This document shows, one piece after another, positions 23,722 through 37,465 of a stretch of 64,000 nucleotides of DNA; within the stretch, counting starts at the first letter, position 1; the number at the start of each line of letters is the position of its first letter. The translations under genes and the position numbers were made by a program. The DNA is from Podarcis bocagei. Its lineage: Eukaryota. Location: assembly GCA_964188305.1 (NCBI GenBank), contig OZ076895.1; one strand, written 5' to 3'. The notes under the pieces are model-generated. The model had not been told where the DNA came from. It saw only the letters and a program-made list of their open reading frames with translations, and searched no databases.

Positions 23722-26700
23722 CTGAGAGAGAGAAAAAAAGCACTTAAATCCATGGATGCTTGCAATATTTTTACTGCTCCTAAACATGGCCACAAGTCTT
23801 AGGGCTGTGCAAGTGCTGCACGCACCAACCGCTCAAAGAACCCATGAGCACTGCTGCAGATTAAGCTGCTACATCCTTTTGAAATCTGCTAAGTGGCACA
23901 AATGTCTCTTTCAGACCAAGTGTACACACAAACCTACACAGGAAATTTGCCCCTTAAACTGGCTTCAAACAAAGGCTCATTAGTGTTCTCTTTCAGATGG
24001 CCAGCCTCACTGCTGCAGAAGCCACAGAAGTCCCTAACATAAATCCAAATTGTCTACTTACCTCCATGCTCAATTAAGATGTCAAACAGGTCATCCATTT
24101 GCTGACTGGAGCACCCATTTTCCTGAAAAAGAAGGAACGGGTGCTTATTTAGACATTGCATTCACCAGCTATGCAGCAACACTTATCTTCCAATGATCTT
24201 CTGGCCAAACTGCACATTCACCAGACTGTCGGTGTCACTTAGCAAAAATGGCACAACCACAGCCTTGGTATGAAGGTTGGACACTTGCAATCTGTGTCCT
24301 ACCTCAAATAAATGGAAGATGGCTCTAACCCTAGGGAGGCTGTTGCATATTTGATTCCTGAGAATTTCAGGACTGACAGGCAAAGTGTGCACTATTTTTG
24401 CAAAACAGCACCAACACCAACATGCTTCTGATTTGTCAACACAAAGGAGCTACTCTCACCTCAAGGGGCTTTGGCTGCTGCTTCACGGCCTCTTCATAAC
24501 CTGGTGGTTCTTTCATCAACACGGAAGAGGCAGGGAGAGGCAAAGGTGGTGGAGTACCAAAGAAGGATGAGTTCTGCTGCTCAAGATCCATTTGGGGTGG
24601 AGATGGAGGAGATGGAGATCCTGGCTGCGAGAGAAGCTGTGAAGAAGAAAAAAAGCAATGAACAATATTCCCAGATGGGCCATTTGCACGCATCCTCAGC
24701 ATACAAGCCTCCCTTCTCAGATAATTCACAGTGGAGCCTCTGATGTTACAGTTCCTGCTTCCCTCCTCATATAGGCATCATAGCTACTTGCACCACGGTC
24801 AAGGGTATACAATGCATGACCTCATCTGATTCAACATTGACTTGCCTGGCTCAGGAAGTACTGCATTTCTGCAACACAGCAATTTTCCTGCAGGCCAGAT
24901 CCAAGTCCTACATTTTGCAGAGCACAAAGTTTCTCATGAAACGTTCCCCACCAATCCACCCCTGCTTCAGTTCTGCCATTATTTGTCGGTTATGGGAGCA
25001 GGAGAGGTCAGGTCCCAGTGCCCAGGACAAGCAAGTACATGTATACATTTCCAAATACCTCCCCTAAACAAAAAGAGAATGTTGGAATGTTGGAAGCAGC
25101 ATCATTTCAGTAGGACACACATTTCTAGAGGCCTGGCCTATGACATCTATTGCCTCATGTTCCCCAGCATATTCATCTGAATTGGAGTGGGGCTTGTTGG
25201 CAGGGTACCTTTTTGGGCATGCTGGACTGGCCAGTTTTACCACTTGTTTTCATGGGTCCTTTGTGAAAGCCATTCATGAAGAAGGGCTGCAAGTTGGGGG
25301 GCGAAGAAAAAGACAAGACTGTTTGAGGCAGCTGCCCTGTGACCATCTGCAGGCCTGGCTTCTGAACCTATGGAGAGGCACAAGGGAAAAGTCAGACTCA
25401 GGCTGGTCCAAAGAGTAGTACCACATGCCAAGTGTATTCCCAAAGCACCCAGGCAAAGCTGGGCATAATCCTCAGCAAACATGAAGAAAAAAGATTCTAT
25501 GCTAAAAGAAACATTCTAGATGAGAAGCATGGCAATAAGAGTCCCTCTGAAGGAGAAGGTACATAGCTTGGGGGTATGTCTGGACCCATTACTGTCATTT
25601 GAGGCTCAACTGGCATCAGGGGTACTGAGTGTCCTCTATCAGCTTCAACTGGAGGCTCAGCTGTGTCCCTGACTTGTATTGTCTATGCTCTGGTAGCCTC
25701 TGGCTGGACTACTGCAGTGCACTATAAGTGGAGCTGCCTTTGAAGACAGCTTAGGTTATTTGCCAAGGTGGGATGGTGTTTGTTTACGACATTTATATAC
25801 CATCCTGATCTTTCAATGCAGCTCAAAGAGGGGTACATGGTTCTCCTCCTCCCCATTTCATCCTCACAACAACTCTGCAAGGTAGGCTAGGCTAAGAGAT
25901 GGTGACTGGCCCAAAATCACCCAATGAGCTTCATTATTTATTATATTATTTATAGAAATTATATACCGCCCTGTACATGGAGGTCTCAGGGCAGCTCACA
26001 GAACAAAATTCATGGCTGAGTGGGGATTCAAACCCTGTTCTCCCAGGTCCTAGTCCAGCACTCTAATATATAACACCACTTCTGGCACAACTGCGCTGGA
26101 TACTAATTAGTTTCCAGGCACAATTCAAAGTGCTACTTGCCCTAAAATGCAAGATGTTAGCTGACCACCTGTTTTGTTCCCTACCTTCTTAATGGGCTCC
26201 ACTGGCGGTGGCTGCAGAGGCGACTGGGAGCTGCATACAGGTTGTTGGATAGATGTTTTCACAGGTGGTGAGGACACTCTCTGAGAGAGAAGGATACACA
26301 ACATTTTAGAGGTTTTTAACACACCCCACACCTGAAAAGTCAATCTTTAGATCTAGTTGCTGCAGACGCAAATTAAATATGAAATGACATTGACAGAAGT
26401 CATGCGCAGGAGTGGAATCCAGACCACTGCAATAAATTGAGTATTACAATAAAGCAAGTTACACTTTTTTTCTTTAGTTTCCTAGTGCACATAAAAGTTA
26501 AGTTTACACTGTACTGTAGTCCAGCCTGCCTGCAGGGAGGGCCGGAGGGGAAAAACCTGGCTCTAGCCTGTGGCTAGAAGAGGGATGGCAGTGGCGGGGG
26601 GCTTCCTTCAGGCAACTCAGTAATTGTAATCAACCGATCAATACATTGATGCTACTCCCAAAGAGAATTCCCAGTCATTCTTTGTAGAGATCATTTTGTG

Positions 26701-29700
26701 CTGACATGCCACTTCCATAATTACAAGCACAACTACAGGAATTAAAACTATTCAATTCTAAAGCAATGTGATTTGAGTCTGTTCATTGTTTGAAAGCCCT
26801 CCTCTGGTTAGACAGACAGCCTTCATTCAAGAATCATCACTGTATGTATACCTACCCTCAATGGCAAGGGACAGCTCCCCGCTTTTTCCTGAGGCGAGAG
26901 GCCCTGCCTCTCAGCATTCTGATTGGTCACGGTGAGAACTATGTGAGTGCCAGTGGAATCTGTGATGAGGGTGGGGGGAGGGGCTCCTTTGATGAGGTTA
27001 CTGAAGCCTGCACCTTGCTGGCCAATGAAGAAGCTTGAGGTCTGGCTTGGTGGCTCAGTTTCGGCAGCTGGCACCTCTTGCTTCACCATCACTGCTTTCT
27101 TTGGCACTGAACTTTCATCTGAGGTGTCCATTTGGCTAGTGGTCTGTGTGGGTTTTGATTGGTCGGTTTGGCAGTTGGGCTGCCCTGAAGATTGGCAACT
27201 CAGAAAGCCCTTTTCACTCTTGACACGGGTGCCAAAAGTCAGCGGCTCGGGGACTGTGGCTGTGCCCTCTTCTCCAACAGAGGTGGCAGGCAGGAGCTGC
27301 TGAGACCGCTTTTCTTTCTCCAGCTGCAGCTTCAGCATCTCCACCAGCTGCTGCTTCTGTTTCAACATGCGGGTGAGCTCCTCAATCTGCTTATCTTTCT
27401 CCTGCAACATCTGGTCTTTATCCTGGACCTCCATGTCTTGCTGACTGTTGTTGCAGCAGAGCTCTGCCTTGGATGATGAATTAAAGCTGCAAGTGGTGCC
27501 TTTGGAGCTCTCTTCCTTCACCAGAAATTGCACGGGAGATGCTTGCAAGGTAAGCTGAGTCAGGGGAGAGGTCACCATCTCCCCAAAGGCATCCCCACTG
27601 GTCGAATTCTCATCCCCGGCACTCATCAGGGAGCGCTCTGAGGGGGTGGGCGACACAGGAGGAGTCGAGCCTGTGCTACCAAACTTCATCACACCATTGC
27701 CAGCGACTGTGGCCACAACAACTTCGGCTGAAGTAATGCCAGCGCTGACCAGGGCAGGCCCTGTGCTCAGCCTGGCAGCTGGGAAGGCCACCACCACATC
27801 CGCAGCCTTGGGGAGAATTGCTGTATTGGGCTTTGGAGCGGCAGCTGCTCGGCCAGCTGCACCGTTCTGCTCCTGATAAGCCTTGAGCCGCTCAATTAGA
27901 TCCATCTTGGTGCCTGACACAGGCAGCGCTCTTAGCTTCAACTCTTGCTTCAGCTCTGCCACCTAACATAAAACAGTTTGCAGTTAATCAAAAGCCGTAT
28001 CGGCTAGAACAATCTCATTTACAACACCTACTTCAATTCGTATGCAGCAATGTATACAGTTCCAAAAGAATCTAAAATACTGTAAGAACAATACAAAATA
28101 GTAATTAAAATAACTAGCTCATCTTTTAAAAATTTAAATAACTGAATAGGCCTCAATAGGCATAATCATCCTATATTTAGCACAAAGATGGTGAATCTCT
28201 GGCCCTCCAGATGTTGAATTCCAGCTGCCATCATTCATGACTAAGGTGACCAATGCTCAGGGTTAACACAAGGAGGAGTTCAAGGATATCTTGAGGGTTA
28301 CAGGTTCTCCATCTTTCATTTACCACTTGCTGCCAGGTCCACAACTATCAGTCCAAGAGTTTCATCACAAAAGCAGGAAGGCCACTTCCTTATTCAACCA
28401 TCTGGTCTGAATACCAATACTGACCATCAAGTTCAGTGCTAATAGCAGCAACAGCACTTATTTAAACAAATTTATATCCTACCTTTCTAAAAGAAAATAT
28501 GTGCTCACTCTTTCTTGTAACATTTATATCCCCACTTTCTTCATCAAACACCAAGCTGGCCAATAGACGCTTTGTTTACCTTCATGTCATCGAGATTAAC
28601 AGGGAGAGCTCCTGGTTTGCCCACTGGAGTGTTGCTGTTTTGCCGCATCAATCCATTAGAACTGGAAGAAACAGAAGAGGTGCTGCTGACAGCAGTGGAG
28701 ATACTACGCATGGGTGGGGCACTACTGCTGCTCTGCTGCTCTCCTGGAGGCCTGAAGGGAGAGGAAAGCGGGAGCTGAACACTGGGCAGCGGAACTGATC
28801 ACAACACTCTGTTCTTTGCTGCTACTACTGGGAAGCCCAATGGACATCCTTATGATCTCTTGAGAAGGTGGTCAATAGTCTGCCCTCAAGATACAGCGCT
28901 ACATAAATGACCCTTCCTAGCTCCATGGTTGCTTGGAAATTCTATTTTGGCAGCCTCCGCGTGTGTTTGCCAACTGTTATTGACTGCCCTTTTTATTCTA
29001 ATACAGCAGACATATCAGATATCTTGCTTCATTGCCTATATTCTGCTTGTTGTGAAAACAGCCAGATATACTTGCAAAATGAAACAACGGTGTATACTGA
29101 ATTCATATCAAATAAATACTGGTGATCTGATACCGAGTCAATTCTATGCACAAGCTTCCATTTCAAGTTAGAGGTGATGGACAGGACTTAAAAGAACCTT
29201 ACAAAGTCATACTGCCAACCATACCTGAAATGCTTATCTAAATACTTTAAACACACTAAACTCTTGAAGAACTTCACAGCTTCTTGACTGTCCCAAGCAC
29301 CTCTGCCACATGCACACAGCAAGCTAGTTCTGAAAGCTGCAAGCACTAACATGTTTGCAATACCTACATAGGCATACTCTGAGCATGAGGGGACAGTGGA
29401 TGTTGTACAACTCCCGTTCTTGGGTGGGATTGGTTGGATGGAGAGACAGATGGATACTGCTAAAAGAGGACCGCCCATGATATGGGGGGGGGGGGATAAT
29501 AGCATGAAGCAACCCATACTTTGGTGGAGCTGGCAGAATGGTTTGATAGTTGTAGTGCTGCTGCTGCTGTTGATTAAGGATTTGAAGCTGCAAGAAAAGC
29601 TGTTGTTGCTGCAGGATTTTGGCATAAGATGAATCCATGGGAGGAGCTCCTTTGTCCTGTTTTTGGTCCGGCGGGATGTATTGGTGATATTTCAACTTCT

Positions 29701-32700
29701 TGACTTTCGGTTTCGGTTCCTTGGATTTTTTGCTGCGCTGAGACTTTTCGCATGAGGACTTGGACTGGCTTTGCTATTCAGAGTGAAAATACAGGTGAAT
29801 CAAAGGGCAGGACAGTAAGAATAAAGAGTGCAAATACAGAAACAGTTATTAGTATTTGCTGTCATGTTCCATATGGCTGGTTCAAGCTACCGGCCCTTTC
29901 CAGAATATGTAGAGCTACAAGCCACAGAAGGGGACACACAGTTAGCTTTTGCTGAATTAACTACAAATTCTTCGGGGGGTGGGGCAGGGGCGGAATACAT
30001 GCCCATTATGTAACAATACAACAGCAAATGGGAGGCTAAATCCCAACATGTGGGATAGGGTAGGGGTGCGTTTATGGACACAGCAGTTGGAAAGGACTTT
30101 TCTTTAAAAAAGTTCCCTGCTAGCAGTTTAGCATTACAGAAGAACAAGGCCAACAATTCCCACCCAATCTTAAGCACGCCCACATCCCATCAATTTAACC
30201 CCTTTATAGAAAGGTACCTTTATAAGGGTTGGGAGTGGTTTGGCAGCAGGAGCAACAACACCATTGGTGAGATTAGGAGGCACTGGAGGCGGCAGGGGTG
30301 GCAGGGGAGTTGGTGGCTGCTCAGACAGAAAAGGGGTCTCACTGGAATCTGCACTGATTTTCAACTGACACACGACCTGCAACAGTAAATCCAAGTATGA
30401 GATGCACATGCCCATATCTACACCTGAGCGCTTCCCGTTCCAAGATATGGAAGCAGCTTATGGAGTCGAAATGTGTTGATTGCATGCCACTCCCAGAGGA
30501 AAGGCAGACAAATTCCATTTTTGCAGATTTGTTGCTTCTCACTTGCAGCTGCATACAAAGAAACAGTACTGTGAATGGGCTCAATTCAGAGGAAGAGCTA
30601 TAGCTCAGTAATATAGCATCTGTTTTGCACGCAGAAGGTCCCAAGTTCAATCCCTGGCATCTCCCAGGTAGGGCTGGGAATGTCTCTTCTGAAACCACTG
30701 CCAGTCAGTCTGGCCAATACTGAATGAGATGGACCACTGGTCAGCTTCAGTGTAAGGCAATTTCCTATGCTCCCAGTATCAGCCCCACTGTAGAGCAAGG
30801 CCAGGGCCTTATTCCTCCCCCAAACAGGATACCCCTTTGGGTTCACATTCAACTATTTTCAGCCCAAAGTAAAGGAATATAGAAGCTTTCGTTAGCATAA
30901 TTTCAGTATTCAGGTGTTTCTGCTCTAATCCACAAATGACTCCTTTGGAATCCACACCTTGCAGAGGACTTTTTTGTATCCTCCAGGAAAAGGCACCTAT
31001 GTGACTGGTGCAGGCACCAAGGCACACAAGAGCCAAGGCTATGATAATCTCACCTGAGCAGGGGATGCTGTTCTGGGGGTGGGAAGTGACTCGCAAACTC
31101 GAGCTTCCATTGGGGATGGCACGGATCCCTGGGATTCATGGCTAGCTGGCTGTTCTGGAGACAGGGCATCACTGCTGTCCTCATCAAAGGAGGAGCTGTC
31201 TGCTACTTTTGGGTAGTTCACTTGACCTACTGAAAATAATAATTTTACATTTATTCACTAAACAAATGGAAAGGGGTCAAGAATGATTAGCAGAAGATGG
31301 TTCTGGACATCACAAGAAATATGAGACAGTGAAAAACCAAACAAGCTTTAGACAATTTTTTAAAAAATCAATGTCACAACCTGAGAAGAAATAGTTAACA
31401 CCAGGATTAACAAGAATATCGTCTTCTGCCTCTCTGCAGAGACAGGTGTAAGGACAACTGGAGCAAGCTTTGTGTCATATCCTGCCTGCAGGTTGGAATG
31501 AACAGTTGAGATTATGAAAGCAAAAAGGAGCACTGGAGATAGATATTTTGCCAGTTGTCTTTTTTTTTTTTAAGAGCATTAGAAGGAATAATCTGTGAGG
31601 CCTAACTGCTATAGACACTTGTGTTTATTTACGATTTATATCCTTCACAAAAAATATTCCTGTATTTCTTAACAAGATTTTTTTCTGTGAAAGGAGGTTG
31701 GGAGAAGAGAACCAAAAGCCCATTTTTATGGGTAGAACATGAGAAAAAGGAGAGTTATAAGACTGTATGACGGAGGAGAAAGACAATCCAAACCTCTAGA
31801 GTTGCTTTATGTCAGGCTTATTTCTGCTACTCCCTAACACTTCCCAGAAGATTAACGTTTTCTCATTCGAAACTATTTCCCTTTTCTTCTCTGAAGGATG
31901 CTACAGCAAAATAATCTACCTACACTAACGATGAAGAGACCATACAATGGTGATTCCTCTGGCCAGAGGATGGCACTAGCAGACCACACAGCTGTTCATA
32001 CTTGTTTTTAAGAAGACCAAACCTTCCAGCTTTCTTTTTTTCTCTTCTCAGCCCTCTCGCTTACCAAAGCAGGACCACTCAAATGAATGGCTGTAAACAA
32101 GTAGATAGTTTTTTAGGAAGAAAAGCAGAATGTGCAAGCTAAGAGAAGACAACCATCCTACAGCAGCTTTTATAGGCATGGAGATCAACTAGTGTTTTTA
32201 ATACACTGGGGTTCTGCTTCAAGTCTGCCACATGCACTGGATAAGGTAACATGTATACACTGCTTTCCTTGGTCCAGTGGCACAGTGAGAGGTGCTAGCA
32301 AACTGCCACAGGACCCAACACATACATGCAGGCCTCCACCTACCCCACCAACCTTACCAATGAGAGCTTCCTTCAGGCTTGATTCTACAGGCAGAATGTT
32401 CTTCTCCACCAATTCCATGGGACCTGGCCGCTGGGCAATCTTCTCATTGAGGTCATCGGCCAGTCTGGCCCGCTTCAACTTCAGCTGCTTGGCCTGAAGG
32501 GAAGGTTCAGCAGAGGTCTCTGCTCAGGGGAACAGCAAAAAATATGATCACCTCTCAAGTACATGACCTCAGTACAAAGTTGGCAGTTCACCGTCTGCAT
32601 GGATACATGCCCTCCACTAAGAGCAGTTCTATTTGTTGGCAGCACACTCCCCTCCATCAAGAGCAAGCTGAATACAATGGAAGTTATGTTTGGTCTGCTC

Positions 32701-35700
32701 TTTTACTGTCAAGAGATTTATTTTTTTTAAGTTAGTAGCTCACAGTAAATTCTCTATTTTTTTCTCAGAAAGAGCTCGAATTGGCCTGTAAAAAATCTAG
32801 CCCCCATTTATTGCAAGTCTCAAGCCCCCACCAAAAGAAAACTGGGCAAATGATGCACAACGGTCAGTGATGTGTAAACAAAATACCGAAGTACGTTCTA
32901 ATAATCCTGTTCCTGTGATTTATATTACCTGTTCTTAATTATGAATTTAGAATTTTTGTGACTTGCCCTGGGACCCATTGGTGAAGGGCAGGTAACAATG
33001 ATGATGATGACAACAACAAACAAACTGCCCAATCCTGTTCCAACAGCACACTAAACTTCTACTGCCACCCCTTAAAACATTTAGAAATAATTCTCTGGAG
33101 AATTTGCTAACCTGCCACCCATCACTTTTCCTTACTCACAACCATTTCTGTACATCCACATTTACTCAGGATTCCTCCCCCCCAAAGAAAAGGTATCTTA
33201 AATGATATGCAGGGGTTGCACCATGCTCATAGATGTAATGGTGTCCTTGAAGTCTTCCCCTGGTGCCTATGATGTATCTGAGGCCCCACCCCTGCCCAAG
33301 TCACAAGGTGAGGAGGATGGTTAGCTTTTTCTTCCTGGAGAAGTACATGGGGCTCAAGGAGGAAGCTGGGACCCACAGCACTTGTTCAAAAACCTACAGC
33401 AATTCAAGAATACAGACAGTGTGCCTGGAGGACCTTGATAGCAAAGTACTTTGCTCAATGTTAAAGCACTGACCCACACCAACAGTACTGGCCCAACCCG
33501 CCAGCCAGCCATCCCCAGCTGAATAAGACTAACATACAAGAGCCATGAATGTAAAGTTGTATCTATAAAGGGTGAAAATTTACAAGAGAAGACTGCACGC
33601 CAAGAATCATACCTTCCAGAATGTGCATCCTCACTAACTCTGATCTCTCTGGCCGGGACCGGATCTTCCGTTTCAGGTAGTCCTCTGTCTGCAAAAAACA
33701 TATATGGAAAACAGCATGCTGAACCCAAGTAGGAAGACAGGACTGAGGCAAATAACGTACATGATTTTTTAACAGGGAAATTATATTGGATTTTTAAGCA
33801 TATGACGAGGTATAACATTCCCACAGGTTTTTACTACCCCTGCCATTGCAGCAGGCTAATGAGTCCAGAACATTTAAGCAGTATCAGAGAACCTCAAGCA
33901 GAATGGGTCACAGAACTTAAAGCACTAAGCACTTTGAGAGTCTTATGTTGTGGTATGTTAAATTCTCAGGTTTCTTGGGTATAGGGAGAAACACATCTAT
34001 TGATCAGGAAACTTGGGGAAAGTCAGTTACTTATCTTGAATCATCAGTCACCTTACAAACTGTATAGCAAATCTGGAGTGATTTTACCCAGGCTCTAATT
34101 CTATTAACTTTAAACAAATGTTAAAGGAGAAAGAGGAAGAGAAGATAACAATTCAGCAGCCAGTGCATTCACTTCTCATCCAGCTAACAAGAGGCTCTTT
34201 TGGGAATGAACTGAAATACTCCCAAAATGAGACACGGTGCCTGCATTCAGTTTCCTTATTTTTCAGTTTCCCACTTAGCTTCTGTATTACCAAGCTCTCA
34301 GCTAGAGAGAAAATCAAGCAAAGTCCAAGGTACCTGAAAGGTGCAGATATGTTTATAATTAAGAGAAACTATCACAGGTGGTGTGCAGAATGGAAACACA
34401 CAAGATGCTCAACAGAGAAGCACTTAGAAGAATATGCAAACAGTTTTGAAAATACATCACAAACGCAGTAACTCTCTTGAAGCTAACTTGTGGCTTACCC
34501 TGGCCCGTTCCAAGCTCCTTCTCTGTTCATGAAATGCAGCTGGACTTTTCAGAGCTGTTGGAAAGATAACAATGAAGGAATTACAAGAGTTGGTCTCACA
34601 CATTTCTAAACATGACCATGCTACTTAAGTGTCACCCAATTCAAAGTACAGGTGTTACAAGATGCAGTTTCAACATGGTTTTACTGTGTTGGCAACCGCA
34701 ATAAATCAGAAGCATCAGGGCCAATTTGACAACCGGGTCAGTCAATGCTTGTTAGAGAAATATATGCTTAGGATATATTCATTCTTTATTATATATAATG
34801 ATTTCAAAACAGGTATCAAACTTCTTAATTCTGTTCTAGCCTTTCATAAAGTCAAGAGTCTAAAAATTTAGCATAATAAAGCCTTGGAGTTCCATTAGCA
34901 ATAACCTTGGAGATAACTGTTCAAGTCTTAGCCATGTTCTTAGCAACCACATACCAGAAAAAGGTGTGTGTGTGTGTGTGTGTGTGTGTTTTGTTTATGG
35001 AGGCTAAGAACAAAGAAGCAGGGTTAAGACTAGAAGATGTGAGGTGTGACGATCAAGCTGGAATCATGATGCATGCAGTCTGGACTTTTGCTACTTACTC
35101 TTGGGCTATGTAATAAATATTCCTGTGCACGTGAAGAGGTCAATATTGAGACAAACCAGGATTTTGGCAATGGATGTGGGTTGCAATGCAACCTTATGAC
35201 ATTCTGGTTCCTGTGCAATGAGACTTGGTTTTCCATTGTATATAAAGACAGCTCTGTCTCAGTGCCAATTCAGAGAAGGCTACACAGCAAACCCCCAAAG
35301 AAGAAACACTTTGTCTGCAGGCATCTCCTTCCTGGACTTTTTCAGCATATGGACCAGATCTTCTATCAATTTAGGATGGTTTGAATCCACACAATGGAGT
35401 AAGCTCCCATTGCTCTGTCCTAGCTTCTGCCAACCTAGCAGTTCGAAAGCATCCCAGTGTGAGTAGATAAATAGGTACTGCTGCGACGGGAAGGTTAATG
35501 GCGTTTCTGTGCACTCTGGTTTCTGTCACGGTGTTCTGCTGCGCCAGAAGTGGTTTAGTCATGCTGGCCACATGACCCAGAAGAGTGCCAAAAACCCCAT
35601 AGTAGCCTTTGACTGGCCTTAACCATTCAGGGGTCCTTTACCTTTTTAAACTTTACCTCTGTCATTTTAAATTCACACCCTGATTGGTATGCTGTCAACC

Positions 35701-37419
35701 TAAGCCAGCTGAGGAAGTAGCCATTTTTACAAATTGCTTAGAGGCACTCTAGGTTTATATAAATCACTTAAATAAATGCAACCCCGCACTGTTCGTCACA
35801 GAAGGCACACGGACAAGAAAGATTTGATGAAGGGATAATATGACTTCACCAAAGAAGTCTCAGTGTAGCTGAAAACTTCGGCACAAGTAGAACTGAGCAT
35901 GCAAGATGCATGAAGTCTGACATGTCAACACCAACATTACACACAGCCACATACATTAGGATCTGATCATTTACAGCAGGTCCGCGTGCAGACAGGAGCA
36001 AGGTAGACAGGTCAAGCACACTTGTCTACCAATACAAAAGTGGTAGAGAATCTAAGGAGTAACATAAAGAATGAACACCTTCCCTGTCTTTTCTCACCAC
36101 TGAAGAACTGCCAAGAGAGACCCTATTTTAGGACACAGATCAACTGCTGCTGAGCACTGTACAAGCCTTGGAAGAATCCTTTGGCAGGGCTTTTTCTCTG
36201 CCAGATTCCAGTAAGCTCACATTGGCTAGGACTAATAGGACTGCTGTCTGCCAACAAATCTTTTCTCAGCACATTGTGGTAGAGTGCTGGTTGCCAGCTG
36301 AGTACTTGTAATGTGGAGTGGTAGCTTCAGTTGCATAGAATCCATGGGTCTATTACAGTGAGCAGAAAAATCTGGGACTTAGGTCCTCCAATCTACCACC
36401 AGAAGCCATTCAGCTCCAGGTTAGTGGTCATGCAAGAACCAATCACAGAAAATGATACCACACCATATCAATACTGCCTAAATAATGCATCTGTTAAAGG
36501 TGTGGTCCTTAATAGCTGTAATTTCCTGGCATTTTGGAGCTTGAGTGGACATGGGAAGTCCTTAACACAACATGTCAAACCAAAAGGGTTTTTGTTAATT
36601 GAATTCTGTTCTTAAGGTGGTCCCTCTATTCTGATTTTGTGTGTGTGTACACACATGGAAGACTAAATAACTTTGTGTGGAGCACAGCAGACCTCTAGTA
36701 AAAACATTGTCAGCAAATGTAGACACAGGATGCTTTTTACAGCACACACATCTTTGAGAGGCTTCTTAATAGTGCTGCAGCTAAGGATAGGGTAACTGAG
36801 AAAAGCTCCTGAAAGAATGCTTTGCACTATGTGCTTCCTCAGTCTCAAAGGTATTCAGAAATACAAGGTATAAGGGTAATTTGGTGGTGGCAACAGCAAC
36901 CTGTTTAAAGAAAAGTCTGATCACCTACAGTAGAGTAGTAACCAGTACCAAGATGCCTATGGTACCTTTGAGATCCATAGCAAGACAACCAGTAAGAGGA
37001 GCTTTCCTGCTATTTATCTAGAAGTAGTTAAAGGTAAAGGGACCCCTGACCATTAGGTCCAGTCGTGGCCAACTCTGGGGTTGTGGCGCTCATCTTGCTT
37101 TATTGGCCAAGGGAAACTGGCGTACAGCTTCCGGGTCATGTGACCAGCATGACTAAGCCACTTCTGGTGAACCAGAACAGCGCACGGAAACGCCGTTTAC
37201 CTTCCCGCTGGAGCGGTACCTATTTATCTACTTGCACTCTGATGTGCTTTCGAACTGCTAGGTGGGCAGGAGCAGGGACCGAGCAACGGGAGCTCACCCC
37301 ATCGCGGGGATTCGAACCACCGACCTTCTGATCGGCAAGTCCTAGGCTCTGTGGTTTAACCCACAGCGCCACACCCCAACAAAAGTCTTTTTTAGTATTC
37401 TGAGTGATGAAATTCTATT

Positions 37420-37465
<46 letters not shown>

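Noticed and set aside
30591-30665. tRNA gene (also at 41012 and 37300-37377)
   Set aside because: The A/B boxes are SINE heads followed by SINE bodies; no intact cloverleaf.
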